Shown: positions 1 through 9,824 of the stretch, piece by piece
Numbering within the stretch: the first letter of the stretch is position 1
Layout of the letters: each line of letters starts with the position of its first letter
NCBI GenBank assembly: GCA_004212155.1
Contig: RXIG01000024.1
Coordinates: forward strand, 1-64,000
Origin: an archaeon
GTDB taxonomy: Archaea > Methanobacteriota_B > Thermococci > Methanofastidiosales > NM3
Length of the DNA: 64,000 bases
Direction: 5' to 3'
Notes under the pieces: model-generated
What the model was told of the DNA's origin: nothing
The model's input: only the letters and a program-made list of their open reading frames with translations
Databases searched by the model: none
Made by a program: the position numbers and the translations under genes

Positions 1-74
1 CCTTAACATACGTTCGTTTCCTTTTTAAATGCCTCAACCACACGCCATATCAAGACCTTGAAGAGGTGCATATC

Positions 75-569
75 ATGATGAAGAAACTCATACCACTGTT
101 TGGAATCCTGCTGGCGGCCATTGTCGTCATGTCGACAGGCGCGTTCACATCGGTGACCGCGGACCGAGATGCTACTATTAACGTCGCAAATGATGCAAGC
201 GCGTTGCTTGGGCTTGATGCTTCTACTGGCCCCAATGGCGAATATGCGGACACTGATACAGATGGTAAACTAGTTATTGCGATTAACAACCTGAACAAGA
301 GCGCTACAACCGTGATGAACGATGTGTTCGTAGTACAAAACAACGGCACACAGGATGTACAAGTGACGATCACCTGGGATGACGCACATCTTGCATTTTC
401 ATCTGCTGACGACGGATTCACTTCAACTACGCCCACAGTCGGTGCCAGTAGCATAACGTTTGATTTAGACTCAGGTGCAATAAAAAACATCTCAATCGCT
501 ATACAGAGTGAAACAGCTAACATATCAGAAACAATTACTATTACGGCAGAGGCTGTTTCAACTGCATAA
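75..569 (+). CDS. Secreted DUF1102-like archaeal surface protein
   Basis: Signal peptide MKKLIPLFGILLAAIVVMSTGA followed by the GAFTSVTADR..VANDASALLGL motif typical of DUF1102 proteins; Thr/Ser-rich beta composition; GAGGTG RBS; T-tract after the stop. Confidence 0.7.
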   Translation: MMKKLIPLFGILLAAIVVMSTGAFTSVTADRDATINVANDASALLGLDASTGPNGEYADTDTDGKLVIAINNLNKSATTVMNDVFVVQNNGTQDVQVTITWDDAHLAFSSADDGFTSTTPTVGASSITFDLDSGAIKNISIAIQSETANISETITITAEAVSTA

Positions 570-612
570 AATAAGAAAGGATATTATCCTTTCTAATCTT
601 TTTTTGACATTT

Positions 613-1191
613 CTATATTTCTTCTTTTAGATTCATTATTTCTACGTGATGTAAAGGTTTCTTGTCACGCGTACCAATCATGTTATCCACGATATGTGAC
701 ACCCTCTGAGGCAGTGCGCGCACAATGACAAGCGAGACGGCAGTATTTGCTATGATCGAGAGTGTCACCGCGGGGAATATCGCAACCCACATCGACGGGA
801 TGAGCGCCGGGTCACCATTGAGAAGCACCGCGACCGATATGGCGATGAGGCCCGAGGTAAAGATATAGCGGGAGAGCTGGCCGCATATGATCGCTACGTC
901 TGTTCGGTACTTGCGCACGAGCAACACGGTGAAGACGGCCATGAGCGCGTCCCCTATGCCTGCTGCCATCTCGATGTAGGGCTGACCTGTCCACAACGAA
1001 GCTCCAATACCCTTGATAAGGCCTGTGAGGAAGGCTATCTGTGGGGGAAAGAGCACTCCGGCGACCGAAACGGGTGTTGAGCCAAGATTCGGGTTGCCAA
1101 AGTGCATCGGTACCTTGATGAACGTGGCAAGCAGCGCAAGAGCGCCGAACATGCCCGCGCATGCGATCGTCTTTGAATTCAACTTAAACAT
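613..1191 (-). CDS. ECF transporter S-component (probably for a CoA precursor)
   Basis: 192 aa with ~6 TM segments and an N-terminal AxxxA-like helix (AGMFGALA); last gene of the PoK-PPS operon. Confidence 0.7.
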   Translation of the reverse strand: MFKLNSKTIACAGMFGALALLATFIKVPMHFGNPNLGSTPVSVAGVLFPPQIAFLTGLIKGIGASLWTGQPYIEMAAGIGDALMAVFTVLLVRKYRTDVAIICGQLSRYIFTSGLIAISVAVLLNGDPALIPSMWVAIFPAVTLSIIANTAVSLVIVRALPQRVSHIVDNMIGTRDKKPLHHVEIMNLKEEI

Positions 1192-1195
1192 TTTA

Positions 1196-1930
1196 TCACC
1201 TGTATCGTTCTGTCATGGAACGGTGAGCCTCGTGCAAGGCCCCTTCTTTGTCAAATCGTGAGATTACCTCAAGCTCCTTTCTTGATCGTTTTTTGAGGAA
1301 CCTCACTGCGTCGCGAATGAGTGGAACGGCGCGCGTGATGTTGTCAACGACGGTGATGTCGGCGTCGTGTGCGCTTCGAGAGAGCGGATTGAGGTCGATC
1401 GTGGCCGTCTTCATGCCTGCTTTTTTCAATGCGTGCACCATGTCGCCATCCTGCAGGGGGGCGACCACGAAGTCGGCACTGCCAAGCCCGAAGACGCTTA
1501 TGCTGGAGCGCGAGGAGCTCACGCCGGGCAACGTCGCCGTGTCTTCCTCTGGCGTATGCGCAACGCCGCCCAAGCCTTCGATGAGTTCAACGATGGTCCT
1601 TGTGCGCCCCGCACTCGGCGTGAACAAGTTGACCTCGAGATGGAGTGGTGCGTCTCGCGAGAGCGCAACGACGTCCTCTGCCACAAGACCAGCTACGTTT
1701 CCATTGACCACGAAGACAGGATGTCGGGCCAGTACGATATTGGCGGCCATCGCTTCTATTGCATCGATTGCGAAACCATGGGTGTACTCGCCGAGAAGGT
1801 AGTCGAACGCCTCGCCTCGTCCATGCGCTATGAGTCCCGCGATCGAGACGATGCCTCGCTCATGTGCCTGTATCAGTCGTTCGCGCAAGGAAAGCGATAC
1901 ATACCGGGGATGGTCTGGCGTCACATGCAT
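1196..1930 (-). CDS. Phosphopantothenate synthetase (4-phosphopantoate--beta-alanine ligase)
   Basis: Motifs HPRYxSL, AHGRGEAFDYLLGE, VNGNV, IDLNPLSRS, VDNITRA. Confidence 0.93.
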   Translation of the reverse strand: MHVTPDHPRYVSLSLRERLIQAHERGIVSIAGLIAHGRGEAFDYLLGEYTHGFAIDAIEAMAANIVLARHPVFVVNGNVAGLVAEDVVALSRDAPLHLEVNLFTPSAGRTRTIVELIEGLGGVAHTPEEDTATLPGVSSSRSSISVFGLGSADFVVAPLQDGDMVHALKKAGMKTATIDLNPLSRSAHDADITVVDNITRAVPLIRDAVRFLKKRSRKELEVISRFDKEGALHEAHRSMTERYR

Positions 1931-2793
1931 GGCACAGCCTCCGCAAGGTTTGAGACAAGTAGCGTCCCGCCGAGCGGGCGCAGACCCTTTAGGAGTTGTT
2001 CCACGCCCTCATCGTCTGTGAGCGTGAACGCTCCCTCGCCAAGCATGACCATGGCGCCTGGCAACATGTTGATGTCATCTATTACCCGTATTGCCTTTTC
2101 TACCGGCCCAGTGGCCATCCTGGTTCGTTGTGTGAAGTAGGAAGCGCATTCCATGAGCGTCTCGACGGACGATGATGAGACAAGCGTTTCAAGACAGTGT
2201 TCTCCCGCGTGATTGATGCGCTCGATAAGCACTGAGTCTGAGAGCACCGCCTTTGTTTCCAGCGGCCCAAACGAAACGCTCACGACACGGAGCCCATGGG
2301 CGTCGACTGGTATGGTCCCCGTTGTCGAACAAGGGCGGGTGCGAATGCATACCCCACCTTCATGCTGGGCGATCACGTCGCCGTATCCGCCACACGTACG
2401 CACCTCTGCATCGAGTGCAACAGTGAGCGGGTCTGGAGGGTCGTTGCACAGTGGCATGAGGCAACGGGCAGTGCCCAGGGCCGATGCCCCGCTGACACCG
2501 TATCCCGCGCCTATGGGCAGCGAGGTTTCGTAGGCGATGGACACATCCATCGACTCACAAAGATGCGAAGCAAATCGTTCACAGACGTGGCGCCCCACTG
2601 GAAGCGAGCATCCCACACCGTTTGTACGATGAGAAAAGGAGGTATGACCAGCTGAGCGTGCATGGATGGTAGTGCGCACACCGTCTAAAAGACAGATGCT
2701 TGCGCCGACCGAGCCCTTCCCCCGAAAGGACGGCCCATCCTGCACCGCGAAGAAGGCGGTTATGCTTCCAGGTACGAAGGTAGAGGTATGCAC
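1921..2793 (-). CDS. Pantoate kinase (GHMP kinase family)
   Basis: PGxITxFF, GSVGA, PIGAGYGVSGA GHMP motif, GDV, MLGE; overlaps PPS. Confidence 0.88.
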   Translation of the reverse strand: MHTSTFVPGSITAFFAVQDGPSFRGKGSVGASICLLDGVRTTIHARSAGHTSFSHRTNGVGCSLPVGRHVCERFASHLCESMDVSIAYETSLPIGAGYGVSGASALGTARCLMPLCNDPPDPLTVALDAEVRTCGGYGDVIAQHEGGVCIRTRPCSTTGTIPVDAHGLRVVSVSFGPLETKAVLSDSVLIERINHAGEHCLETLVSSSSVETLMECASYFTQRTRMATGPVEKAIRVIDDINMLPGAMVMLGEGAFTLTDDEGVEQLLKGLRPLGGTLLVSNLAEAVPCM

Positions 2794-2909
2794 ACGAAGG
2801 TTACTTGGGGTGAATTCATATAATTTTCATATAGGGAAAATATATACCCTATAGAAAAAATATGATCTATATTGGATAACTCTAAAGGGCCATTGTACGT
2901 CCTCACATC

Positions 2910-4100
2910 ATGGACGTTGTCACAAAGAGGCTTTCCGGAAAGCACATCGTGCTCTGCGTAACGGGAAGCATCGCTGCCATAGAGACGGTCAAGCTCGCAC
3001 GGGAACTACGACGCCAGGGCGCATCCGTTACGGCAGTGATGAGCGAAGCGGCTACGAGGATTTTGCATCCCGACGCCCTTGAGTTCGCAACAGGCATGCC
3101 TGTTGTCACCTCCATTACCGGCAATGTGGAGCATGTAGCGCTAGGCGGCAACTGGGAAGGCCACGGTGACCTCGTGCTCGTCTGCCCCGCGACGATAAAC
3201 ACGTTGGCAAAGATCGAGCACGGCATCGCAGACACCCCCCCCTCGCTCGTCGTGGCAACGGCACTCTCGCATGTCCCTATCATGGCGGTGCCGGCGATGC
3301 ATGAGACGATGTTTCGACACCCCCACTATGAAGCGATGATCGAAACGCTGCGTGGATGGGGCGTTTTTGTACTTGAACCTCACCTGAATGAACAAAAAGC
3401 GAAACTTCCGCCGACCGATGAGATAACATACAACGTGAAACGGGCGCTAGTGCCCAAGGACATGAAGGGCGTGCGCGCTCTCGTGGCCGCCGGACCGACC
3501 ATTGAGGAGATCGATGACGTGCGCTTCATATCCAACAGGAGCTCCGGAAAGATGGGCATTGCCATTGCCGAGGAGCTCGAGCTGCGCGGAGCGGATGTAC
3601 GTCTCGTGCTCGGAAGGACCAATCAGAATACGTTCGCAAGCGATGTCGTGAAAAGGGAGAAATATGATGACATGAAGCGTGAAGTGACGCGCGACGTGTC
3701 GTTTGACCTCTACGTGCTCGCCGTTGCGGCCTCGGACTTCACGGTGCAAAAACGCGAAGGCAAGACGCCGTCTTCGGAAGGATTCTCGATCACGCTCGCA
3801 CCCAGCGAAAAGATCGTGGACCTGCTTGCAAGGCAAACAAGCGGGAAGATAATATGCTTCAAGGCCGAACACGGGGTTGAGGAAAAAGAGCTTATAGAAC
3901 GTGCGAAGAGATCGCTGCAGAGGGGTGTATGCTCCATGGTCGTTGCAAACGACGTAGGACGGGAAAAGCGAGGATTTGAGGGTGATACGAATGAGGTCTA
4001 CGTTGTCAGCGAGGACGATGTAGTACATCTTACGCTCTCATCGAAGCGCACGATAGCGAAGCATCTCGTGGACATCCTTTCGTCTGGTCAGGGTTTGTAG
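2910..4100 (+). CDS. coaBC: Bifunctional phosphopantothenoylcysteine decarboxylase / phosphopantothenate--cysteine ligase
   Basis: CVTGSIAA, PAT.NTLAK, PAMHETM, DDVRFISNRSSGKMG, AASDF, FKAE, VAND. Confidence 0.96.
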   Translation: MDVVTKRLSGKHIVLCVTGSIAAIETVKLARELRRQGASVTAVMSEAATRILHPDALEFATGMPVVTSITGNVEHVALGGNWEGHGDLVLVCPATINTLAKIEHGIADTPPSLVVATALSHVPIMAVPAMHETMFRHPHYEAMIETLRGWGVFVLEPHLNEQKAKLPPTDEITYNVKRALVPKDMKGVRALVAAGPTIEEIDDVRFISNRSSGKMGIAIAEELELRGADVRLVLGRTNQNTFASDVVKREKYDDMKREVTRDVSFDLYVLAVAASDFTVQKREGKTPSSEGFSITLAPSEKIVDLLARQTSGKIICFKAEHGVEEKELIERAKRSLQRGVCSMVVANDVGREKRGFEGDTNEVYVVSEDDVVHLTLSSKRTIAKHLVDILSSGQGL

Positions 4101-5041
4101 GCAAGCTGTGCGACCTCGATGCCCTTCTCCCCGATCCCCTTGATGTTCTCAAGGATGTTGCGCAGATGGATTGCGTGGGGCGAGGAGAGTACCTGCTCAT
4201 CGAGTCGGTCCTTAATCGCATAGAACTCATCCTTTTTTCTGAGCACGCATCCGCCGCATTCCTTGTCGGTCTCGAGGAATGCGCGCAAAGCATTTTTTGT
4301 GATCTCCTCGGCAAGCGTGCTGAACTCCTCGATGCGGGCGATAAGCGAGTCGTCATCGAGAGGCGCGAGCTGGAGCACGACCTTCGCGATCGCTGCAGCA
4401 TGGTCGCCGATCTCCTCGATGGCCTTCGATACGACACGAATGTCCATGCCCTCGAGGCTGTTGACGCCGATGCTGTCTGCCACCTTCGTGTCCTGCAGTG
4501 CGGTGCGCAGCTGCCTGACGGTAAAGAAGTAGAGCTTGTTGACCTCCGAATCGCGCCGTATGACGTCACGGGCGAGCTCGATGTCGTGATTGACCATTGC
4601 CGAGACGGCGTCGCTGTGCATGAGCGATGCAAGGAAGAACTCTCGGCGCAGCGTCTTGAATGTGTTGAGCTGTGCCGGATTGAGCAGGTCGGTGATGACG
4701 ATCTTGTCTTCTGCCTCCTCGATGATGTCATACCCCAGCAGCTCGCCGATGGTGTCCTTGATGATCGTGCGCTCCGAGCTCGATATGGGTCCCTTGATAA
4801 TCACGTGGTTGTAGCCGTACGTGTAGCGTGCGATGAGCTCCTTGGAAACGTAGTCGGTGACGCCGATCGTTGCCGTCCGGTCGTGCGTCTCGTTGAAACT
4901 GGGGGTTATATATAGACCGTTTTCCATCTCTACGATGCCAAACTTGTCTCCTTTCTCTATTCCATACTTTTCAAGCCACTTCTTTGGCAGGGAGAGCACG
5001 AACGTACCCTTTCCACTGTACTGGAGCTTTCTAATCTCCAT
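4088..5041 (-). CDS. AbrB-like DNA-binding + PhoU domain phosphate-uptake regulator
   Basis: N-terminal EIRKLQYSGKGTFVLSLPKKW (AbrB/MazE fold) plus two PhoU repeats (EEIGDH); start set at the ATG after the GAGG RBS. Confidence 0.88.
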   Translation of the reverse strand: MEIRKLQYSGKGTFVLSLPKKWLEKYGIEKGDKFGIVEMENGLYITPSFNETHDRTATIGVTDYVSKELIARYTYGYNHVIIKGPISSSERTIIKDTIGELLGYDIIEEAEDKIVITDLLNPAQLNTFKTLRREFFLASLMHSDAVSAMVNHDIELARDVIRRDSEVNKLYFFTVRQLRTALQDTKVADSIGVNSLEGMDIRVVSKAIEEIGDHAAAIAKVVLQLAPLDDDSLIARIEEFSTLAEEITKNALRAFLETDKECGGCVLRKKDEFYAIKDRLDEQVLSSPHAIHLRNILENIKGIGEKGIEVAQLAYKP

Positions 5042-5170
5042 CGTCACATCCTCAAAAGTTCTTTCTATTCGCATGAATAATATTCTGGCGCCTGACTGAG
5101 TAACGTAGCGCGATACTATTAAATAGGTTTCTGCATATAATGAAGGATACACGCTTATAGGAGGGATAAT

Positions 5171-5536
5171 ATGAAAAAATCGATTGTGATAGCAGTTATG
5201 ATGATTGTTGGGATGGTGGCTGCAATGCCAATGGCCCTTGCTACCACTAACGGCAATTCTGTGCCCGGTATGCCGGGCATGCCATGCGCAGGCAACGGCA
5301 TCTACACGCCGGCATCCAACATGCCACTCTACGTGACGGCCCTTCAGGACGTCAACGAACTCATCGACGAGGTCCACGCCCAGATGGCGGACATGGAGGA
5401 CACGACCGAGTGGGAGGAACAGCTCGAAGCTGTCAACGAAAAGATCGCAGCGGCATCAGAGGGTACCAACTACGTGAACAAGAAGGACCTTATGATGGAA
5501 GCCAAGGCGATGCTTGAAGCTCTACTAAACGAATAA
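5171..5536 (+). CDS. Small secreted protein of unknown function
   Basis: GGAGG RBS, signal peptide, C-terminal amphipathic helices, followed by a hairpin and T-tract. Confidence 0.75.
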   Translation: MKKSIVIAVMMIVGMVAAMPMALATTNGNSVPGMPGMPCAGNGIYTPASNMPLYVTALQDVNELIDEVHAQMADMEDTTEWEEQLEAVNEKIAAASEGTNYVNKKDLMMEAKAMLEALLNE

Positions 5537-5550
5537 GTTTACTTTACATT

Positions 5551-5586
5551 GCATATCCCCTTTCGGGGATGCACTTCTTTTTTTCT
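5551..5586 (+). terminator. Stem-loop plus T-tract terminator
   Basis: GCATATCCCC-TTTC-GGGGATGC followed by TTCTTTTTTTCTT. Confidence 0.65.
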
Positions 5587-5687
5587 TACGATTCCACCAG
5601 CGAAAGCCATGGGCATGATGAATAGAATAAGAAGGGAGGGAAAAAGAGCTTTTTTCAGGAAAGGAGGTATAAAGGATCTTTTTCCCT

Positions 5688-6338
5688 CTAGATATATTGT
5701 ATGTCGCCTTCTTTAAGATAAATCGTGCGATTTGCTATGTTTAGTGCATGGTCTGCTACCCGCTCGAGATGGCGCGCCACGAGCATGAGGCTAAAGGCCT
5801 GCGAGATATTTTTCGGATTCTCGAGGATATAGGTCGTAAGCAGCCTGAAGGTGCGGTCATAGAGCGAGTCGACCTCGTCGTCCATCGGATGGACCTGGCG
5901 CGCCATGTCAGCATCCTCCGTCTCGAACGACTCGAGGCTTATCTGGACCATGCTGAGCGCGATCTCGTTCATGCGGGGGATGTTGATGAGCTTGGTAATA
6001 TACTCCTCGTCCTTGTGCCTGAGTGCGATCTCTGCGATATCTTTCGCATAGTCGCCGAGACGCTCGATATCGGTGGCATTCTTCAAGGCGGTCAGCAGCA
6101 GCCGGAGGTCACCGGCAACAGGGGCCTGCATGGCGATCGTGCGCATGATCTTCTTCTCGATATTGACATACTCCCTGTCGATCTGCTTGTCGCTGGCGAT
6201 TACTTTTTTCGCAAGCTCCTCGTCCTGGTCCTTGAGCGACTGCACAGACAGGCCGATGAGTTCCTCTGAGAGCGACCCCATCGATAAGAGGCGCTTTTTT
6301 ATCTCCGCGAGCTGTTGCTCGAACTTGTTACGCGTCAT
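5688..6338 (-). CDS. phoU: Phosphate signalling complex protein PhoU
   Basis: QAPVAGDLR, DIERLGD, DDEVD, LERVADH; last gene of the pst operon. Confidence 0.95.
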   Translation of the reverse strand: MTRNKFEQQLAEIKKRLLSMGSLSEELIGLSVQSLKDQDEELAKKVIASDKQIDREYVNIEKKIMRTIAMQAPVAGDLRLLLTALKNATDIERLGDYAKDIAEIALRHKDEEYITKLINIPRMNEIALSMVQISLESFETEDADMARQVHPMDDEVDSLYDRTFRLLTTYILENPKNISQAFSLMLVARHLERVADHALNIANRTIYLKEGDIQYI

Positions 6339-6346
6339 ATGATCAC

Positions 6347-7093
6347 CTATCCGAACTTGCCCGTGATGTACCTCTCGGTCTCGGGATTGTCGGGATTCGT
6401 AAATATCTTTTTCGTTTTGTTGAACTCCTTGAGCTCACCGAGGTAGAAGTACCCCGTATAGTCGCTGATGCGTGCCGCCTGCTGCATGTTGTGCGTCACG
6501 ATGACGATGGTGTAGTGGCGCTTGAGCTCATTGATGAGGTCCTCTATCTTCCCCGTCGATATGGGGTCGAGCGCGGAGCACGGCTCGTCGAAGAGGATGA
6601 CGTCCGGCTCCACGGCGAGGCAGCGTGCGATACAAAGCCGCTGCTGCTGACCCCCTGAGAGGTCCATGGCGTTTTGCCCCAGTATGTCCTTGACCTCGGA
6701 CCACAGGGCCGCATCCTTGAGCTTTTCCTCCACGAGCTCGTCTAGCCCCCTCTTCTTCCCGTGCAGCTTGGGGCCGTACGTGATGTTGTCATGAATGCTC
6801 ATCGGGAAGGGATTTGGTTTCTGGAACACCATGCCGACACGTTTTCGAAGATTCACGACATCGACGTCCTTATCGTAGATGTTCTTGTCGTCCAGGAGGA
6901 CTCGTCCCTCGACATGTACGTTGCCAATGAGGTCGTTCATCCTGTTGAGGCACCTGATCAGCGTCGACTTGCCGCACCCCGAAGGACCGATGAACGCAGT
7001 TACCTTGTGCTTGTACACCTTCATGTTGATGTCCTTGAGAGCATGGAACGAGCCATACCATAAGTTGAGATCGTGTACTTCCATCTTTACCAT
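6347..7093 (-). CDS. pstB: Phosphate ABC transporter ATPase
   Basis: [44 protein letters not shown]; alternative GTG start at 7102. Confidence 0.97.
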   Translation of the reverse strand: MVKMEVHDLNLWYGSFHALKDINMKVYKHKVTAFIGPSGCGKSTLIRCLNRMNDLIGNVHVEGRVLLDDKNIYDKDVDVVNLRKRVGMVFQKPNPFPMSIHDNITYGPKLHGKKRGLDELVEEKLKDAALWSEVKDILGQNAMDLSGGQQQRLCIARCLAVEPDVILFDEPCSALDPISTGKIEDLINELKRHYTIVIVTHNMQQAARISDYTGYFYLGELKEFNKTKKIFTNPDNPETERYITGKFG

Positions 7094-7098
7094 TTGTT

Positions 7099-7929
7099 TC
7101 ACCGTCGCAATGCCTTCTTCTTGCGTATGAGGGACACGAGCATGTTGAACACGAGCACGATCACGATGAGCACGAGGGCCGTGCCGAACGCGTTTTGCAT
7201 CGATATACCCTCGGATGTGAGCGTATAAAGATGTGCTGGCAGTGCCATCGTCGGCTGCATGATCGACTCGGGTAGTACGGGGTTGAGGATGGCGGCAGTG
7301 AAGATGATGGGTGCCGTCTCGCCTGCCGCACGCCCCAACCCCAGGATGATGCCTGTGACTATGCCCGATATCGACTGTGGGAGCACCACGTGCCATATCG
7401 TCTGTAATTTCGTCGCGCCGAGCGCATAGCTTCCCTCCTTGTCCCAGCGCGGCACGGCGCGTATCGCCTCCTCAGCGGTCCGAAACACGGTCGGCAGTAT
7501 CATGAACGCCAGCGTAAGGCCGCCCGAGAGTATACTGATGCCAAAGCCCATGTAGTAGACGAGGAACGCAAAGCCGAAAAGACCGAATATGATCGACGGC
7601 ACGCCGTTGAGCGTGTCGGCGCCAAATCGTATGAATCGTGTGAACTTGCTCTCCTTGGAGAACTCGGTGAGGAAAAGCGCCCCGCCCACGCCGATGGGCG
7701 TGGCCACGAGCACCGCAAGACCCGCCAGGTATATCGTGCCCACGATGGCAGGGAATATGCCGCCCAGCCTCCCGGACCGTCTCGGCGCTTCCGTGAGGAA
7801 CTCCCAGCTTATCGCCGGAGCGCCCTTGTAGACTATGAATCCTATGATAATGACCAGAAATGATATGGTGATGAGGGCAGAAGCCCACAGCACGCCCTTC
7901 ATGATCGTTTGCTTCGTATACCTATCCAC
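7099..7929 (-). CDS. pstA: Phosphate ABC transporter permease
   Basis: [14 protein letters not shown]-type loop, GRAAGETAP. Confidence 0.95.
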   Translation of the reverse strand: MDRYTKQTIMKGVLWASALITISFLVIIIGFIVYKGAPAISWEFLTEAPRRSGRLGGIFPAIVGTIYLAGLAVLVATPIGVGGALFLTEFSKESKFTRFIRFGADTLNGVPSIIFGLFGFAFLVYYMGFGISILSGGLTLAFMILPTVFRTAEEAIRAVPRWDKEGSYALGATKLQTIWHVVLPQSISGIVTGIILGLGRAAGETAPIIFTAAILNPVLPESIMQPTMALPAHLYTLTSEGISMQNAFGTALVLIVIVLVFNMLVSLIRKKKALRR

Positions 7930-8791
7930 GCTTCAACCCCCTTCCGAGCCAGACGTTCGATACGATGTTGAGCACCATTACGATGAGGAAGAGCAGGATG
8001 CCAAGTGCGAATATTGAGTAGTAATGCGGCGAACCGACTGCCGCCTCGCCCATCTCGAGAAGTATTGTCGAGGTGAGCGGCTCCCCGGAGTCGAAAAAGC
8101 TTGTTGGAAGCTTTTCGACGTTGCCCACAACAAGCACGACGGCCATCGTCTCGCCGATGGCCCGTCCGACGCCAAGGATGATCGATGCCATTATCCCCGA
8201 ACTTGCCGAAGGCACGATGATGCGGGCGATCGACTCCCAGTGCGTGGCGCCGAGCGCGAGCGAGCCTTCCTTGTAGGCGCGGGGCACCTGCCGCAACGAG
8301 TCCTCAGAGATCGATATGATCGTGGGCAGGATCATGATGGCGAGTATGATCGACCCGGCAAGGATCGACTCGCCCGTGGGCTGATCGAGTGTGATTCTGA
8401 TGTACTTGACGATGACGATGAGGCCGAAGAGACCGAAGATGACCGACGGTATGCCTGCCAGGAGCTCGATGGCCGGTTTGACAATCTCGCGCACGCGCTG
8501 GGGCGAAAGCTCTGCCAAGAATATCGCAGTGAGCAACCCGATAGGAACGGCGATGACGATGGCGCCCACCGTGACAAGCAACGAGCTGACGATAAACGCG
8601 GCCGCCCCAAACGTTTCCTTGGACGGATTCCATTCCCTTCCAAAGACGAAGTCGATGACGTTCGTGTATGAGAAGGCCTCAAGGCCCTCCCTGAAGAGGA
8701 ATATGATAATCAGAAAAATAATGATGATCGAGAAGATTGCGCAAATCCCAAGGATGCCCTTGACCATGTCTTCGCTCAATCTTCGTGCCAT
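7922..8791 (-). CDS. pstC: Phosphate ABC transporter permease
   Basis: ELLAGIPSVIFG, GRAIGETMAV. Confidence 0.95.
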   Translation of the reverse strand: MARRLSEDMVKGILGICAIFSIIIIFLIIIFLFREGLEAFSYTNVIDFVFGREWNPSKETFGAAAFIVSSLLVTVGAIVIAVPIGLLTAIFLAELSPQRVREIVKPAIELLAGIPSVIFGLFGLIVIVKYIRITLDQPTGESILAGSIILAIMILPTIISISEDSLRQVPRAYKEGSLALGATHWESIARIIVPSASSGIMASIILGVGRAIGETMAVVLVVGNVEKLPTSFFDSGEPLTSTILLEMGEAAVGSPHYYSIFALGILLFLIVMVLNIVSNVWLGRGLKRG

Positions 8792-8831
8792 GAGTGCCCA
8801 CCATGAAAACAAATAATAAAAAAAGGATTTA

Positions 8832-9668
8832 TCAGAGCTTGATAAATCCTTCGGCTGCTACGATATCCTGGCCCTCGTCGCTCAAGACGAAGTTGATAAA
8901 CGCCTTTGTGAGGCCTTCTGGTTCGCCGTTCGTTATCATGTAGAGCAGACGGGAGATGGGGTAGCTGCCATTTGCAACATTGGCTTCGGTTGGTATCACG
9001 CCGTCGATCTTTACCGGCTGGACCGTATCATCGAGATAACCAATACCGATGTAGCCTATGGAGTATGGCGTCTGACCCACCGTGGTCTTTACGGCGCCGT
9101 TTGACGGCTTTTGGAGCGCTTCGGATGAGGGGTCTACGTCATCATGGACGATCTCCTCGAATGTGGCGCGTGTGCCCGATCCGTCCTCGCGTACGACAAC
9201 GACGATCTCCTCGTCAGGGCCACCGACTTCGGACCAGTTCGTGATCTGACCCGTGAATATCTTTTCTACTTGCTCCATCGAAAGAGCGTCGATATCATTC
9301 GAGGGGTGAGTGACGACCGCGATGCCGTCGGCAGCCACCGCAGTGGGGACAAGGCCTGGATATTCCTCCATCTCGCTCGGCTTGACCTCGCGCGATGCGT
9401 TGCCGATGTCGACCGTTCCCTGCGCGACCTGCGTGACGCCGGTGCCTGAGCCGCCGCCCTGAACGGTCACGGTCACGTCAGGGTGCATCTCCATGAACGC
9501 CTCTGCCGCGGCCGATGCGATGGGCTGGACGGTCGTTGATCCTGCGATACTGATCGTTCCTGAAAGCTCTGAGTCGCCGCCCTCATCGTCTCCGCCGCCG
9601 ATGCATCCTGCAAGCAGCGAGCCGATCAAAACAGCCATTAACATAAATCCGATTCGTTTATTCAACAC
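8832..9668 (-). CDS. pstS: Phosphate-binding lipoprotein
   Basis: Lipobox LAGC, AGSTTVQP, GGGSGTG, REDGSGTR. Confidence 0.95.
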   Translation of the reverse strand: MLNKRIGFMLMAVLIGSLLAGCIGGGDDEGGDSELSGTISIAGSTTVQPIASAAAEAFMEMHPDVTVTVQGGGSGTGVTQVAQGTVDIGNASREVKPSEMEEYPGLVPTAVAADGIAVVTHPSNDIDALSMEQVEKIFTGQITNWSEVGGPDEEIVVVVREDGSGTRATFEEIVHDDVDPSSEALQKPSNGAVKTTVGQTPYSIGYIGIGYLDDTVQPVKIDGVIPTEANVANGSYPISRLLYMITNGEPEGLTKAFINFVLSDEGQDIVAAEGFIKL

Positions 9669-9824
9669 ATATCACCTCAAAAGTGCTCTAAACGAGAGTG
9701 CAACCATGTAAAATAAATACATTGTCGAAGTAATCTAAATATCTCTCAATATTTATATAAAATAAAAAAATTTATATATAATATAGATTTTATAGTAAAA
9801 TATATAGTATGATTTGTGGTCATC

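Noticed and set aside
4088-5377. Long N-terminal extensions in the ORF track (429-aa PhoU, 349-aa PstB, 573-aa Eis, 352-aa HAD, 536-aa GlcD)
   Set aside because: The extensions overlap neighbouring real genes; downstream starts with RBSs match family lengths
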